Source: Octopus vulgaris (taxonomy: Eukaryota). Taken from it: 64,000 bases of DNA. The position numbers were made by a program, and so were the translations under genes. The notes beneath the pieces are model-generated. The model did no database searches, was not told where the DNA came from, and worked only from the letters and a program-made list of their open reading frames with translations. The DNA lies in contig CATOCA020000001.1 of the NCBI GenBank assembly GCA_951406725.2, positions 1,054,001 through 1,118,000 of the forward strand. The letters run 5' to 3'. Every line of letters starts with the position of its first letter. The stretch's first letter is position 1. Shown piece after piece: positions 1 to 13,532 of this stretch.

Positions 1-307
1 CTACTTCTACTTTATGATACAAATGTTCACACACAAACAGCTTCGCTTCCAAATCTTGTTTTCTGATTGGGTAAAAATGATAAAACTTCGAACCTCTGAT
101 GTGTTTTCTAAACTTGTTCTCGACTAAATCAATAAATTTCAAAATTTCCACATAATTTTAAAATTTCAAATTCTGTGACAGAAGGCGAAAAGTTCGCTCT
201 CTAGTAGCTTATTTCTTTCCTTTTCTCATAGTAAACCTTCCTACACTTTATGAAAGTATATCGCTCACACTAAGTGTGTGTTGTGTTCCGAATGTGTGTC
301 GTGTTCG

Positions 308-344
<37 letters not shown>

Positions 345-445
345 TGTGTCTCTGCGTGTGCCATTATGTCTGCGTGCGTGGATGTAAGAATGAGTGCGTA
401 TTTTTGTGCGTTATTGTGTGTATACCTATGTGCATAAGAATTATA

Positions 446-480
<35 letters not shown>
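1..480. repeat. Dispersed repeat or duplicated segment, second copy at ~62308-62770
   Basis: ctacttctactttatgatacaaatgttcacacacaaacagctt...ggtgtgtctctgcgtgtgccatt aligns colinearly, including the internal (TA)n, with ctacttctgttttatgatacaagtgttcaaacacaaacagctt at 62308. Confidence 0.85.
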
Positions 481-1839
<1,359 letters not shown>

Positions 1840-1840
<1 letters not shown>

Positions 1841-2195
1841 TGAATACAGTGTACATTTAAACACATAAGATGTATCCGTCATAGGATTTGCTGCACGCCA
1901 GAAGGAACAGCTAAAATCCAAACCGCAATTAGGGATAATCATCGAAGGGAATGAAAATTATAAAACACTTAACTCTATCTCCTAGACAACGGATTCAGAT
2001 ATTTTTGTAGCAAATAAAATTATTTGCTAGGCGAAGTCCTCATCAGCAGGTTCGCCTAGATTAAAACATATAAGCATGAGGCAATCCAACAACGCCTCTT
2101 ATGTGATACCTCTTATGTGTTTAGATATGTTTAAATGTGTTTAAACACATAAGACGAATACGTCTTTTGTGTTTAAATGTACGCTGCATTTATAT
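1840..2195 (-). mobile_element. Short Penelope-like module with inverted ends and degenerate hammerhead core
   Basis: tgaatacagtgtacatttaaacacataagatg (~1841) is inverted at cgtcttttgtgtttaaatgtacgctgcattta (~2161-2192); minus strand 1981-2050 reads cctg-CTGATGA-gga..tct-GAAt-ccgttg-TC-tagg. Confidence 0.5.
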
Positions 2196-2319
2196 GATTA
2201 ATATATATGCTATTGACAATTTTTTTACACGTTAGGCGACTGGTAGTAAAAATTCTAAGCTTTTTATTACCTAGTTATTGTTAATTATTGATAGATAGGG
2301 ACGGCTTAGTTGCTTGAGA

Positions 2320-4000
2320 GCAACGCGAAACTCGCGGTGCCATTCGTTCTTTCTCGGCCTCTTTTTGATCCACGTCTGCAGTTCGGTCATGAAGACGAGT
2401 TGCGGAAAGCGTGCCTCACAAACGTCGACCACACCTGTTCACCGTCGTCTACGTAGAGCCTGAGATATCGTAATCTCAGAGCGTATTTGCGCATCATCAA
2501 TCATGGCATGCCCAGTCCTTATTTTAACGGGTGTTGACAGCAAATGTATCGCTTTACATCGGGACGCCTCCTTTCCACAAGAAACGAAAGAGAATGCGGG
2601 ACAAGGTACGACGGACTAGCGGTAGTAGATGACGTACGTGATGTAAGAGTTCGCCACCTCCGCCCGACCTTTTAGGGACAGTTTCCTCTCGACCCATTGC
2701 CGGGCGACAGTGACAACCCTACTCAATATCTCGTTCCATTTCTTCTCCACTGGAGGTCCGCACCAAACCAGACCCTGAGAAACTCGACCGGACCGTCGGT
2801 CCAGCGTCCCACGACGGAGGTGCTGGTGGACTGCATGGGCTTGCTTCTCCAGGTGCCGAGTCGCAAGCCCACTGATTTTTCCCGCTTGATTTACGCTCCT
2901 GTCACCGCTTCGTCGTCTTTCAGTGTCTCGCCGACATGCTCGACATGCTCGTGGCTAGACACTATGACGGTGTCGTCGTCCGCGTATGCCGACACGCTCG
3001 TCACGAATCCCGATACTCGTGGGATGACCCTCATAGTTGGCAGCTTCCGTAATAATGGCTCGAGAGTCAATGCGTTCAGAAGCGACGAGATGGGGCATCC
3101 CTGACGGCCATAACGTACAATGTCTAAAGGTCTCTATAGAAGTCCATTTACGCGAATTACCGTACGGATGCCTGAGTACAAAGCGGCTATCCAGCCGCGG
3201 AAGACAGGAGCGAAACCAGCCGCTCTGAGGACAGCCTCCAAGTATCGATGGTCTACCCTATCGAAAGCTTTCGATTGATCCAAATTGATCTGCGCCCCAC
3301 CCGTGCCAGATTCCTTAACTACCCTGTCTATGATGTAGCGCATCAGGTGGCGGTCGTCATAGATGCTCCGGCCCGGCACGGCGCACGTTTGCGCCTTGTC
3401 GACCAGTTTCTCGATGACAAGCGCCAACCTCTTCGCTAACACCTTGGCCAACATTTTCAAGTCTGCATTAAGCAGAGTGATGGGCCTAAAGTTATCTATA
3501 ACATTCCCCTTGTTTAGATCTTTCTTCAGCAGTGTTACGTCTCCTCGGATCACAAAACCAAGAATGCTCCAGTTTTTCTGCCAGTTGCAGTACTCCGCTG
3601 CCAAGACGAATCCAAACTAGTCATGTCCCTCGAGCATTCTGCCATCGCGTCCTGCACTTCCGCAGCCGTGATGGCACCTTCGTAGAGCCCTTGGTAGGCT
3701 GTGTAGGTAGGCACTGAAGTCCACTCTACGTTCCTAGCCTCCACTCGTCCCGAACAGTCGGGCAAAATGCTGTTGGAAGTCCACACACATTTTACTTGGC
3801 TCGAGCAATTCGCGACACTGTTCATCTACAAGAGAATGAATTGTGGCTTTGTTGCCCTGTTGCGCCTCTGCCACACGGGCTTCCTCCGCTGCTCTAACAC
3901 CTTCGTTCCTTAGAGCACGCATCTTAGCTCTGACAACACACCCTTCGGGTTTGACGTTGAAATGTTGGTCGAGGGCCAACCTCGCCGCCAAAACGTCGGG
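2320..4000 (-). mobile_element. L1/Tx1-like LINE ORF2 (reverse transcriptase) fragment, frameshifted
   Basis: FRPITLLNADLKMLAKVLAKRL, LDQSKAFDRVDH, RQGCP-like and VSAYADD (gtcgtccgcgtatgccgacac on +) motifs; homologous to the 13533-17220 element. Confidence 0.9.
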
Positions 4001-4479
4001 TAGATAGATAGATAGATAATTTAGATAGAGCGAGAGAGACAGATAGAAACATACAAACATACATACATACATACTTAGATAAAAAGAATAATTTTAAAAA
4101 TCGGTATGCCAATCACGTAGCCTCCTTCCGACATAAGGACACAAGCAAAGCCACTAAGTTCGCTACCTATTCCTTATTAACATTTTGTAATCTTTCCAGC
4201 CCTTTAATTTAAGACCTAAGAAGGATTACACTTTCACCTTTTCTACTTCTTAATTTTTAGATATTTGTGTTTTCATTTTCTTTTTTTTTAACTTTCTACA
4301 TTTTCTATATGCTATATTCTCAGTTTTCTAAAGTTTCTTCTCTTATTCATTTTTCTTTAGTTCGTAATGATATGTTGTTTGTGCCTGGTGTATTTGTTTG
4401 AGATATCCCCCAACATATGAAACTGAACTTAAAGTCAGGTACTGTGTCCATTAAATAAATAAATAGTATATATATTGTT

Positions 4480-4690
4480 GTTTGTTCATTCTCGAGCCAT
4501 GCCTGGCTCATAAGGGATGAGGCACTGGACCTCTGCCGGTGAGCTGCTAGAAGTAGGAGGAAAGAGTGAGAGAATGTGGTGGAGCTGAGGAGTTCCGCTC
4601 ATAAAAAAACATCGCATAATCTGAGATTCGAAACCGCGATCCCTTGAGCGCGAGTCTGCTGCACTAACCACTAGAACTTCTGCCTCCATA
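4480..4690 (-). mobile_element. tRNA-derived SINE
   Basis: Minus strand shows A-box-like tagtggttagtgc and B-box-like ggtttcgaatc. Confidence 0.6.
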
Positions 4691-5229
4691 TATATATGCT
4701 CATGTGCCTCCATATATATATATTGCTCGTGTTTTCCGTGTTGAAGTTAAACCCCCCTCTGGACTTGTATTGACATCTTCTACATTCCCTCTACCAACTG
4801 TTACCAATTAAGGTGTTATATCTGATTCAGTAGGGATTTTACCCGCTTAATGCTTTGGACATACTCCTACATACTGGACCGTCTGAAATCGCATTGAAAC
4901 GTTTGGGTGTACTTCGACACATTGAGTGATGTCTGTTTAATTCTTTCCCCTTAATGTCACTCTCGGTACAAAATTGATCAGTGTGTCCACTCTCAGCGAA
5001 ATACGAAGAAAAGTGTTAAGGTTATGTCATAAAATAGAATCCATGTGACCATTTACATGAAAATATTCCATTGACATTTAAATATCAATACATTGTATAA
5101 ATAATCGACGTTTTATATGTGGAAGTGCTTAATTTTACACACGGGCCAATTTTCTTCAGAATCAGTTCATTATTTTATTGTGAATGATTATGACGATTTC
5201 TGCCTTTCATCATTTTAATTTTAATGCTA

Positions 5230-6085
5230 TTACATGAATCAGGCCTTAAACTTTATCTAAAAGTCAGATTTCACAAAAATCGGATGAATTGTGTAAAAGT
5301 TACAGCCTAAAATACTAATCCTATGGGTGATTGCATACAAAAAGCCTATTGATTTTTTAAAACGCAGTTATCGATTTTTTGTCAACTCTTCATCTGGTAT
5401 CAACTAATGGACATGAACTGTAATCACATGTAAAATTTCTACAAAATCGTTCAGAATGTCTGTGAGGAAATGCCTATGTACCTTTATGCTCTTTTCAAGC
5501 TCTTTTGACTTAAATAAATACATTTTCCGTATCCCCTACCAAACATTTACTTACACTTCATATTTCATTAAAATCGGATAAAATATATGAAATTTACGGC
5601 CAAAAATAAAACCCCTATGGGTATTTGCACGCAAAACGTCTATTGATTTTATAAAACCACTGCTCCGGCGCAATTACCAATTTTTTTCTCAACGTCATAT
5701 ACTGAAATCAACTCACTGCCATGAGCCTTGCTCACTCATCGACTTTCATTAAAGTTGGACAAAAAATGCAAAAGCTGCTGGGGAAATAACATCGTTAAGG
5801 GAATATGTGAGGTTAATGAACAAACTTTTAAAATGTCGCCATTGTTTTCAAATTACGTTTCACATTTTGAAAAAATGTGTGGATCACAATGGTGATCACC
5901 GATTTCCAAAGTTTTTCTGTTAAAACTTTTGTTAATGCCTCGTTAAAAAGCATTGGCCAAAATCGGTACCGCTTGGGATTGGGGATTTGAAAAAAATGAA
6001 AACACATTCAAACAATTTTTAAAGAGCTTCCTGCCATCATTTCAAACGTTGAGGTGAAAAAAAAAATTGAAAATCATCACCAAAA
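5230..6085. repeat. Unclassified element with degenerate ~300 bp internal tandem units
   Basis: aaaatcggatgaattgtgtaaaagttacagcc..cctatgggtgattgcatacaaaaagcctattgatttt (~5277) recurs at ~5571, with a weaker partial third unit at ~5750. Confidence 0.55.
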
Positions 6086-6087
6086 TC

Positions 6088-6125
6088 AGTGCAGGAGTGG
6101 CTGTGTGGTAAGTAGCTTGCTTACC
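6088..6125 (+). mobile_element. 5' head of a tRNA-derived SINE whose body lies at 9346-9820
   Basis: gcaggagtggctgtgtggtaagtagcttgcttacc; the expected continuation aaccacatggttccgggttc appears at 9356. Confidence 0.7.
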
Positions 6126-6559
6126 TCAATGAGCATGTGCGAATCCGAGTTGTGTTTGATACTGAAGCTGTAAAGACGTTTTTTTGAAGCCGTCTTAAAT
6201 TGAAGAGTTTTGAAACTCAGTTGTAAGGTAAGATTTTTTGGGGGGTCTAGTGGGGGCCTGTTGTCTGCCGCAATTATTTTTTGCAAACAAGAAGTCCTCA
6301 CTGGATTCTAGTCTTCCTGTAGCTGAGTGAATATTCTTTCAATTAACTGTGAACATTATTGTTTTGGTGGGCGTATCCTGCAGCAAAATTTTGTTTGAGA
6401 ATAGTGTTTGTCCAGGAATAACTCTGGGAATTTTTAGAAAAGATTTCAACAATATTGTTCCTGTTAAGGATTACCTATGAGAAGAAAATTGGAATGATTT
6501 GCGTTAAAATTTTGGCCTGGAGTACAGAGTGGCCTTTACTGTGTTTTGAACTGCTGCTC

Positions 6560-8005
6560 TCTCTTCACCCCTCTTTTATTTAAAAAAAGACTCTTTATAA
6601 AACGGTTAATTTTTTCTCCTTTTTTGTTTGGACTTTTTTCTCTTCCTTCTTTTTCCTTAATTATTTGGTATTTTATGAGGTGTTTTTTGGCCTTTTTTTA
6701 AAAGAAACATGGCAAGGAACAATGGAAAGTTGGTGGAGTGGGAATTTATACCACCCAAAAGATGATTAAAATAACTTGAAAGTAAGACGGTGGTTTTGAG
6801 GACCTACTCTAGGATCCTCGACGCCATTGCCGTTTTCAAACAATATAATCGAAAGAGACATGGCAGAATTTCAGCCAGCTATTAAGTTTATCACTCGGAG
6901 GGTCAAATATGCAACCGTGTGGTTGATGTTTGACTCCCCAGGAATGGATTGTGAATTTGCGAGCCAGCTCCTGGAAGGCAATGGAATTTTGTTTCTTCCC
7001 ACATATTGTGGGAAGAAGTTGATGAGGGCTTGGTTTTGCGGCTTGCCACTCGGAGTTGAGCTCGAGTGGATAGGAGATACTATCCGCCCGGGTCTGGGTG
7101 GCAGTAGCACCAAGCTCTTCAATGCAAATATTCTGCCTGCGGCTGACTTGGAGGGGTCAAAAGCTGTTTTGACCCTCTAGATCTGTCCTCAACGGCAAAG
7201 CAAAATCCTGAAGCGGTTGACGGAGACCTCTGTAGAAGAAGGAATGAAGGCGGCCGAGGAGACGGAGGATGCCTCAAAGAAGAGCTGCAAAAGGAAGAAG
7301 ATGAGTAATAATGGGTGCTCACCGAAGGATTCTGGGAGTGAGGGAAGGGAAGCACATGTCCCGGTCACGGAGGGGACGCACCCTCCCACAGTCAAGAAGA
7401 AAAAAGAAGAGGAGAAACGGGATATTGCCGACAGTCGGAGACATGATGCCCCATCGGTGAGGGTTGAGTTAGACACAATTGGTAAGAATTGTGACGCCAA
7501 CGATAGAATTTACTATCTCGGACCCGGAGGAAGAAGACCTGCTGGCCTTCTGTTATAGAGGGGGAGTGGTGGAAAAGGTGGTGGAAGAACACTACAAGGG
7601 TTTACCTTTGGCCTTCGCACGGTAACCCGAATGGCCTCCGCAGATAGCTGTAGAGTTCATAACGTTGCGCATGTTACATAGGCTGGGGGGGGACTAAAGG
7701 AGGAATATCGCTCGTGGCCGGGTGACGCCAACTCGGAGCATACCTTGATTTTAAAGCAAGCAGGGGTTATGGTGGAGTGCACGTACACAAGCGATGATTG
7801 ACAAGAGGTTGAAAAGCCTCAGTGTTATAATGTGTAAGAAGTTCAGTGCCTCACTTGTAAATGGATTAGTGTTGATTGTATATTGAATATTTTATTGTAT
7901 ATTATTGTATGTTATTATTTGTTATGGACTATTAAGTCCAAGAATTGTAAAAATTGTAGTGAGATGTCCAATACCTCGTTTTTTTCTGTTGGGAAAAAAA
8001 CGAAT
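6560..8005 (+). mobile_element. ORF1-only LINE derivative (HAL1-like), decayed
   Basis: ORF pieces 6827-7180 (KYATVWLMFDS..ILFLPTYCGKKLMRAWFCGLP) and 7217-7558 resemble the ORF at 11400-12700; no endonuclease or RT follows; short A-run at ~7994. Confidence 0.5.
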
Positions 8006-8009
8006 GTTT

Positions 8010-9345
8010 TAGAAAACCGGAACCAGATAACTTCACGTGTTCTTGTTATCTTATTCCGATTGATAGGATTATCCGAGTATATAAAGGGTTTTAAAAGTAC
8101 ATACGGGTGTTGATATCGGCGGGAAGAGACAGGGTTAGTGTCAAGGGTCACCGAGTGGGGAGATTGTTTGTTAGATCATATACTACTTTAAAATTTGGAA
8201 GAGTAGTAGGACTGTGGGTTATGCGGGATATTTTTTGCTTTATCTGGAGGACGGGTGTATTCTTGGTTCCGAGTTTAGTTGAGGGAGGCTTGTTCCACAT
8301 AGGGGTATATTCGATCGAATTCTTATGACCGTCACGCTATTATAATATTCAGCGTATTGTTCGAATATTTCCTTACTGGCGGACAGTGATGAAATCCGTT
8401 TTGATACGATATCTACGATAGAGTTTAGGACAACTGGCGTTGTGGTTGGAGGAAAAGTTGACGTAGTTGAGGTTCCCCTTAAGTTAATGGCATGGGTTGA
8501 AAATTTGACTTTGTAGATCTAGGGTGACATCTAGGAAATTAGAAGTTTTAAGGCTGCTACAAAAAGTGATGCAGAGGCCCACCGTTTTAAAAAGATATCT
8601 TAGTCTTTTTCTAATCTGTTCGATTCCGCGTTTGCGAGAATCCCGAATGTCTCTATTGGCCTAGAATTACTCAGTTTTATCAAATGTCGACGGGCGGCCA
8701 AGATGATATCAATATCGTCACAAGAGAGGTAAGATCGTATCATTGCAAAAATGAGGACTTTGTTGAGAAGGATAGGGGATACACTAGAGTAATTTGGTCT
8801 ATGTCGATCTGGATGAATTGAAAAGTATGTTTAGGGCTTTAGGAATTAAACGACTGGACGGCTTGAGTAATTTCAGTCCATGGGTGTAGTTGGGGGTATA
8901 ATCCTGTCTGACGAAATCTTGCTAATCTTACCTATATCTGAACTGAAGGGGCAAATGAGGCGAACGGAAGGGTTCTCAGCAAATTTTATTTTATGGTCTT
9001 CTACGTTAATATGAAGTGAGCGAGTTAAGGAACGTCTGGTCCTATCTTCTAATGCGCCTTTAAAAACGAGATCACGATTCTTGATGTAAATGTCTTTTAG
9101 AACGGAGACTGGTACAATACGGTATCATTTATGTAGTTATTTGTGTATTAGCTCTGGGTGTTTATCTAGAGGAGCATTATAAAGTTGCCGGGTTTGACGG
9201 CTTGGAAGAGAATTCAGAGTATTTTTGAAGACTCTTGAAGATATTATTGATTTTAGTTAGGTGGGGTTTGATTGTTATTTTTCTAGGTTTAAATTTGATG
9301 TTCAAGATGTTGCTCGAAATTGTCTAGGTCACGCTTAGGAGGTGC
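8010..9345 (-). mobile_element. Penelope-like element RT remnant
   Basis: Minus strand encodes NFLDVTLDL (8515-8541), PSVRLICP (~8950-8975) and FIQIDI; 8370-8540 is repeated at 22650-22817. Confidence 0.75.
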
Positions 9346-9820
<475 letters not shown>

Positions 9821-9937
9821 CAAAAGAGGCGCTGTATTTCCACGCAGAAAAGTATATAAGAAAATGTGTTGTTGAAAACGCCCCTAAATTTGAAAAAAAA
9901 CCTGTAATTGTTTTTAAATAAATATATTTATATTAAA

Positions 9938-10010
9938 CGGTGGTGCCCCAGCATGGCCACAGCCCGTGAGCTGAAACTAGATAAAATAAAATAAAATAAA
10001 TAAATAAATA
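9938..10010 (+). mobile_element. 3' tail of CR1/L2-like LINE or partner SINE
   Basis: ggtggtgccccagcatggccacagcc..ctgaaac + (TAAAA)n; same tail type at 23055-23115 and 9751-9820. Confidence 0.6.
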
Positions 10011-11129
10011 TACATACCAAACTAGTTTCAACAATATTTTTTGTTTATCAATGGTAAAAATTTTAAATTATGAATTAGAAAAACATGTTTTTATGTTTAT
10101 AAGTTTCGGTGAAATGAAGTATGATTTTAAATGTTCATAAATTTCAATAATATATAAAAAATGTGGATCATTTTGCTGAAATGCACAACATTCAATAGTG
10201 TTAGTAGTGATCGATAAGAAATGTGGAGTATCAAAGTTTCGGCCATACTGAGTCAAGAGGGAGAAAAACAAGGGAGAAATGAAGATAGTGAAAAAAGGGT
10301 TTTTGTTTACAGTTTCTGTGATTCTCTTACCGACATGTACAGGATCTTTTGCTTGTAAAGGCGTTTTTTGGAATCCGGTGTATTTACGATTTTTTCCGTG
10401 AAGGATCTGATATTTGTTGATGTCTTATTTTTCTGGTGGTCAAGATTTTCATTCTGCCTGGTTGGCTTACCTGTGGGGAACGGTCATCAGCCATTCCAGT
10501 TGCTTGATTCTCTTAAAAGGGTAATTTTGTTGTATTTGCTGAAGTTCGATTTTGATTGTAAGTCAAATTTCATTGTTCTAGAGTTAGGTGACGTAAGCAA
10601 CTTGTATGTGTATGGTGATATTGTGTGGCGATTCGGATTTGCGATTTCGAAACCCGCGTGGAAAACTGCTACTAAAGCGTTTTGAATATCTGTTGTTGTA
10701 TCTCGTTTGTTTTTTCTTTGTGGAGAAATTGTGTCTCTTTCCTTTTTCGCTTTCGTGTTTAAACAGAGGTGAATAAGAGGGAATGAATTAAACGATATTC
10801 TTTATTCCATAATACTACAATTGTTACTACATGATTTCACAACCATTGTACATGGTTCAGATGATGTAATTAATAAATTTTGTAATGCTTACCATCTATC
10901 AGAGGTGTAAAATATGCTTTTCAGGTGATTATTTCAATAAGTCCTACGTTCCACCTTTAAGGAATTGTAGTGATGACACACGATGTAAATTATATCATCT
11001 CATCAAGAACTACGGATGTGATATGTAGACACAATTGCATTGATATAGAATAAAGAAAGTCGCTGAAACCATTCTCTTATACTTCATTAGGTATATATGT
11101 ATATATGCAAGTATGTATGTATGTAGCAA

Positions 11130-12800
11130 TATTCTCTCTTTTACTTGTGTTGTGTGGACGCCCCCAGACGATGAAGTAGGCTAGCTCAATACGTAGATAT
11201 AGAGGGAGAAGTCTAGACGTCGAAGTAGAGTCGAGTTGAGTAGAGAATTTTGTAGTTGATAGGTGTTGTTTTGAGGTCGAGTTGCTGAAGTTGAGTTGTA
11301 TTTGTGAGTGGAACGTGAATTTATTGTTGATTGTTGCTGTTGTTGATACCGTTGTTAATATCGTTAAAGTTTTGTTGAGTTGATATTTCCCATTGAGGAA
11401 AATGGAGAAGGCGCCAGCGGGGGCTACTGGAGGAGAAGCGGGGAGAGAAGCATTGGAGACTTTTAAAGTAGAGGTCGAGGCCAGGAGGATGAAGGCTGGC
11501 GAGAGGCTGCTGAGTGGGGAAGGCGAGATGAAATTGACACCACCCGAGGAGCTGGTGAACAGCGTTATGAGGAAGACAGTGACATACAGGACTGTGAGGG
11601 TCGCTACAGGAAGGATCGAGATAGCAACTGTGGAGGGGATCGAGAGGATGTTGGAAGGCATGAAAGGATGATAACCTTCGGAACAGGATGCAGGGAGTAT
11701 GCAACTGTGGATGTGCGTTTCACATCAGAGGAGGAAGCGATGAGGCATGCTACGGAGGCGGTCCGCTCAGAAGAATGGATTCTTCTGGCATCCTGTTGCG
11801 ACGGACGTGTGGTGAGGGTTTGGGTGAGCCAGGTGCCCCCTGAGCTGAAGGAGGCATGGCTGATGACGGCCATTGTGTACAACATGGAGGACGAGGCTGG
11901 AATATTGAGGGCCACCAGAGCACACAAATTGCTGGGGCTGTGGGTTGGAGCTAACAATTCAGGCTAAAGTGGAGGACATGAACGGAATGGCAGAGGAGAT
12001 AGTGTTACAATGAGAGTGAAGGTGGAAGGCAGGCCGCTTGCGTGTTTCGAGTATTGCGAGGGGGGACACATGAAGGCGAGATGCCCACGGAGGGAGCAGA
12101 GAGAGACTGAAGAGGGTGTCGAGCAGGCATTGACTGTAGAGAATAATGAGAAAACAGCGGAAGAAGAATTCACGCTAGTGGAAAGAAAAAGGAGGAGCGG
12201 TAGAGTACGTCCGCCACCGACTAACTAGAAAAAGAAGAAAGAAGAGGTGGGAAAGAAAGGGATAACGAGAAAGAAAGATGATAAAAGTGAGGCGGGAAAG
12301 GAAAGTGAAAAAATAATTAAGAAGGTGTGTGACAATGAGTCAGAGAAGGAGGAAGCAAGTATGAAGATGAGAGGTGAATTGACGGAAGATTCAGGAACTC
12401 AACTTCAAGAGAAACTGAAGACGGAGAAAGAGAAGGTCTCAGATTCAGAGAAGAGTATAAAGGAACCTATAATATGAAAAGTAGTAAAACAAGAAAGGAG
12501 AAGACCGAAAGGGGGTAAGAACAAATGGAATTTTGTGACGTATGCTAAGAACAAGGAAGTGGAGAAACAAATCGTAAAGTTCATAAGGGTAAAGTTGTCC
12601 AATGACGTGCACCAAGAGAGTGTGAAGGTCATTGTGGTCGATAGGGAAACCTATAAGAAACTTAGAGATAGTGCGGGGATTGAATTGACCCGGCCAGAGC
12701 GTTGGTGACGTTCAACGTGCTGCCCCGAGTAATTGATCTGTTAGAACTGGAGCCGTATATGAGACGTTAAAGGTGAAAAAAAGGAAAAAAAGAAAGGAAA
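11130..12800 (+). mobile_element. ORF1-only LINE derivative (HAL1-like) with zinc-knuckle, frameshifted
   Basis: ORF pieces 11402-12700: EYATVDVRF..VVRVWVSQVPPE, VKVEGRPLACFEYCEGGHMKARCP (degenerate CCHC knuckle), K/E-rich tail; ends in A-rich tail at 12776-12800 without ORF2. Confidence 0.65.
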
Positions 12801-12819
12801 ACGTTTCATATTTGTGTCT

Positions 12820-13069
12820 AATTCGCAAGGCGACTTTTCCGAAGTAAATGAAGTTATAACTAAGGTAGTATAAGTTACTTTTATTAAACGTAACTCGGCC
12901 GGGAACTTTATGATACCACTTCGTATATATACGACATGTTTCTAAGTTACCCTGTACCCAATTAACTAACATACACGGGTTTGTTCGGTTGAAGACCAGA
13001 GTATATGCAGAGGGACAGAATACAGAAACAAAATTCTTATCACACAGCCATACCAACGTCGAAGCGTAT

Positions 13070-13070
<1 letters not shown>
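12820..13070. repeat. Mariner 3' end fused to a SINE remnant; junction shared with 38190-38385 and 57395-57625
   Basis: ttttattaaacgtaactcggccgggaacttt..tatacgac..gttaccctgtacccaattaactaacatacacgggtttgttc present at all three loci (most diverged at 57.4 kb). Confidence 0.75.
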
Positions 13071-13100
<30 letters not shown>

Positions 13101-13104
13101 TACA

Positions 13105-13312
13105 TGACGGAAATGGAAAATGGATTCTACGTGATACATTAATCATTACAGCCGTTTCAACCCGTCTTCAATCGGCCACTCACGGATGAGATAATGGTCG
13201 ATTGGCCACAGTGCATCTTTCTTTGCAGATGTTTCTCGTCAGTTGACGTTTCAAAAAGCACCTCGCTCAATAAACTCGTTTTCACTCGGTTCGATTATAA
13301 TGTATTTCGTTA
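13105..13312. other. Duplicated hairpin-rich segment, copy 1 (copy 2 at 38479-38686)
   Basis: About 90% identical by eye to copy 2; not recognised as a known repeat. Confidence 0.6.
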
Positions 13313-13532
13313 TGTTAAGAAGAAGAACAACAATAACAACAACAACAACAAGGAGAAAATGGCCGAGATGATGTTGATGATGTTGATAAGGGGGAGGAGG
13401 ATGGCGATGTTGACGGTAAATGTTGTGATAAGGACGGTGAGGAGGATTCGGGGGATAACGATGATGATGATTATCGAGAACGACGAGAAAGGCTTCGATG
13501 AATTGGTGATGACGACGTTGATTTTTGCGATG

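Noticed and set aside
4600-4680. tRNA-like A/B boxes here and at 6088, 9346 and 27683
   Set aside because: No complete cloverleaf; they continue into SINE bodies
10200-10790. Possible minus-strand Penelope 5' region
   Set aside because: Only compositional resemblance; no diagnostic motif found
11160-11215. Hammerhead-like CGATGAA-gta..tac at the 5' end of the ORF1-only element
   Set aside because: GAAA element absent (gtag instead); too degenerate to call from one copy
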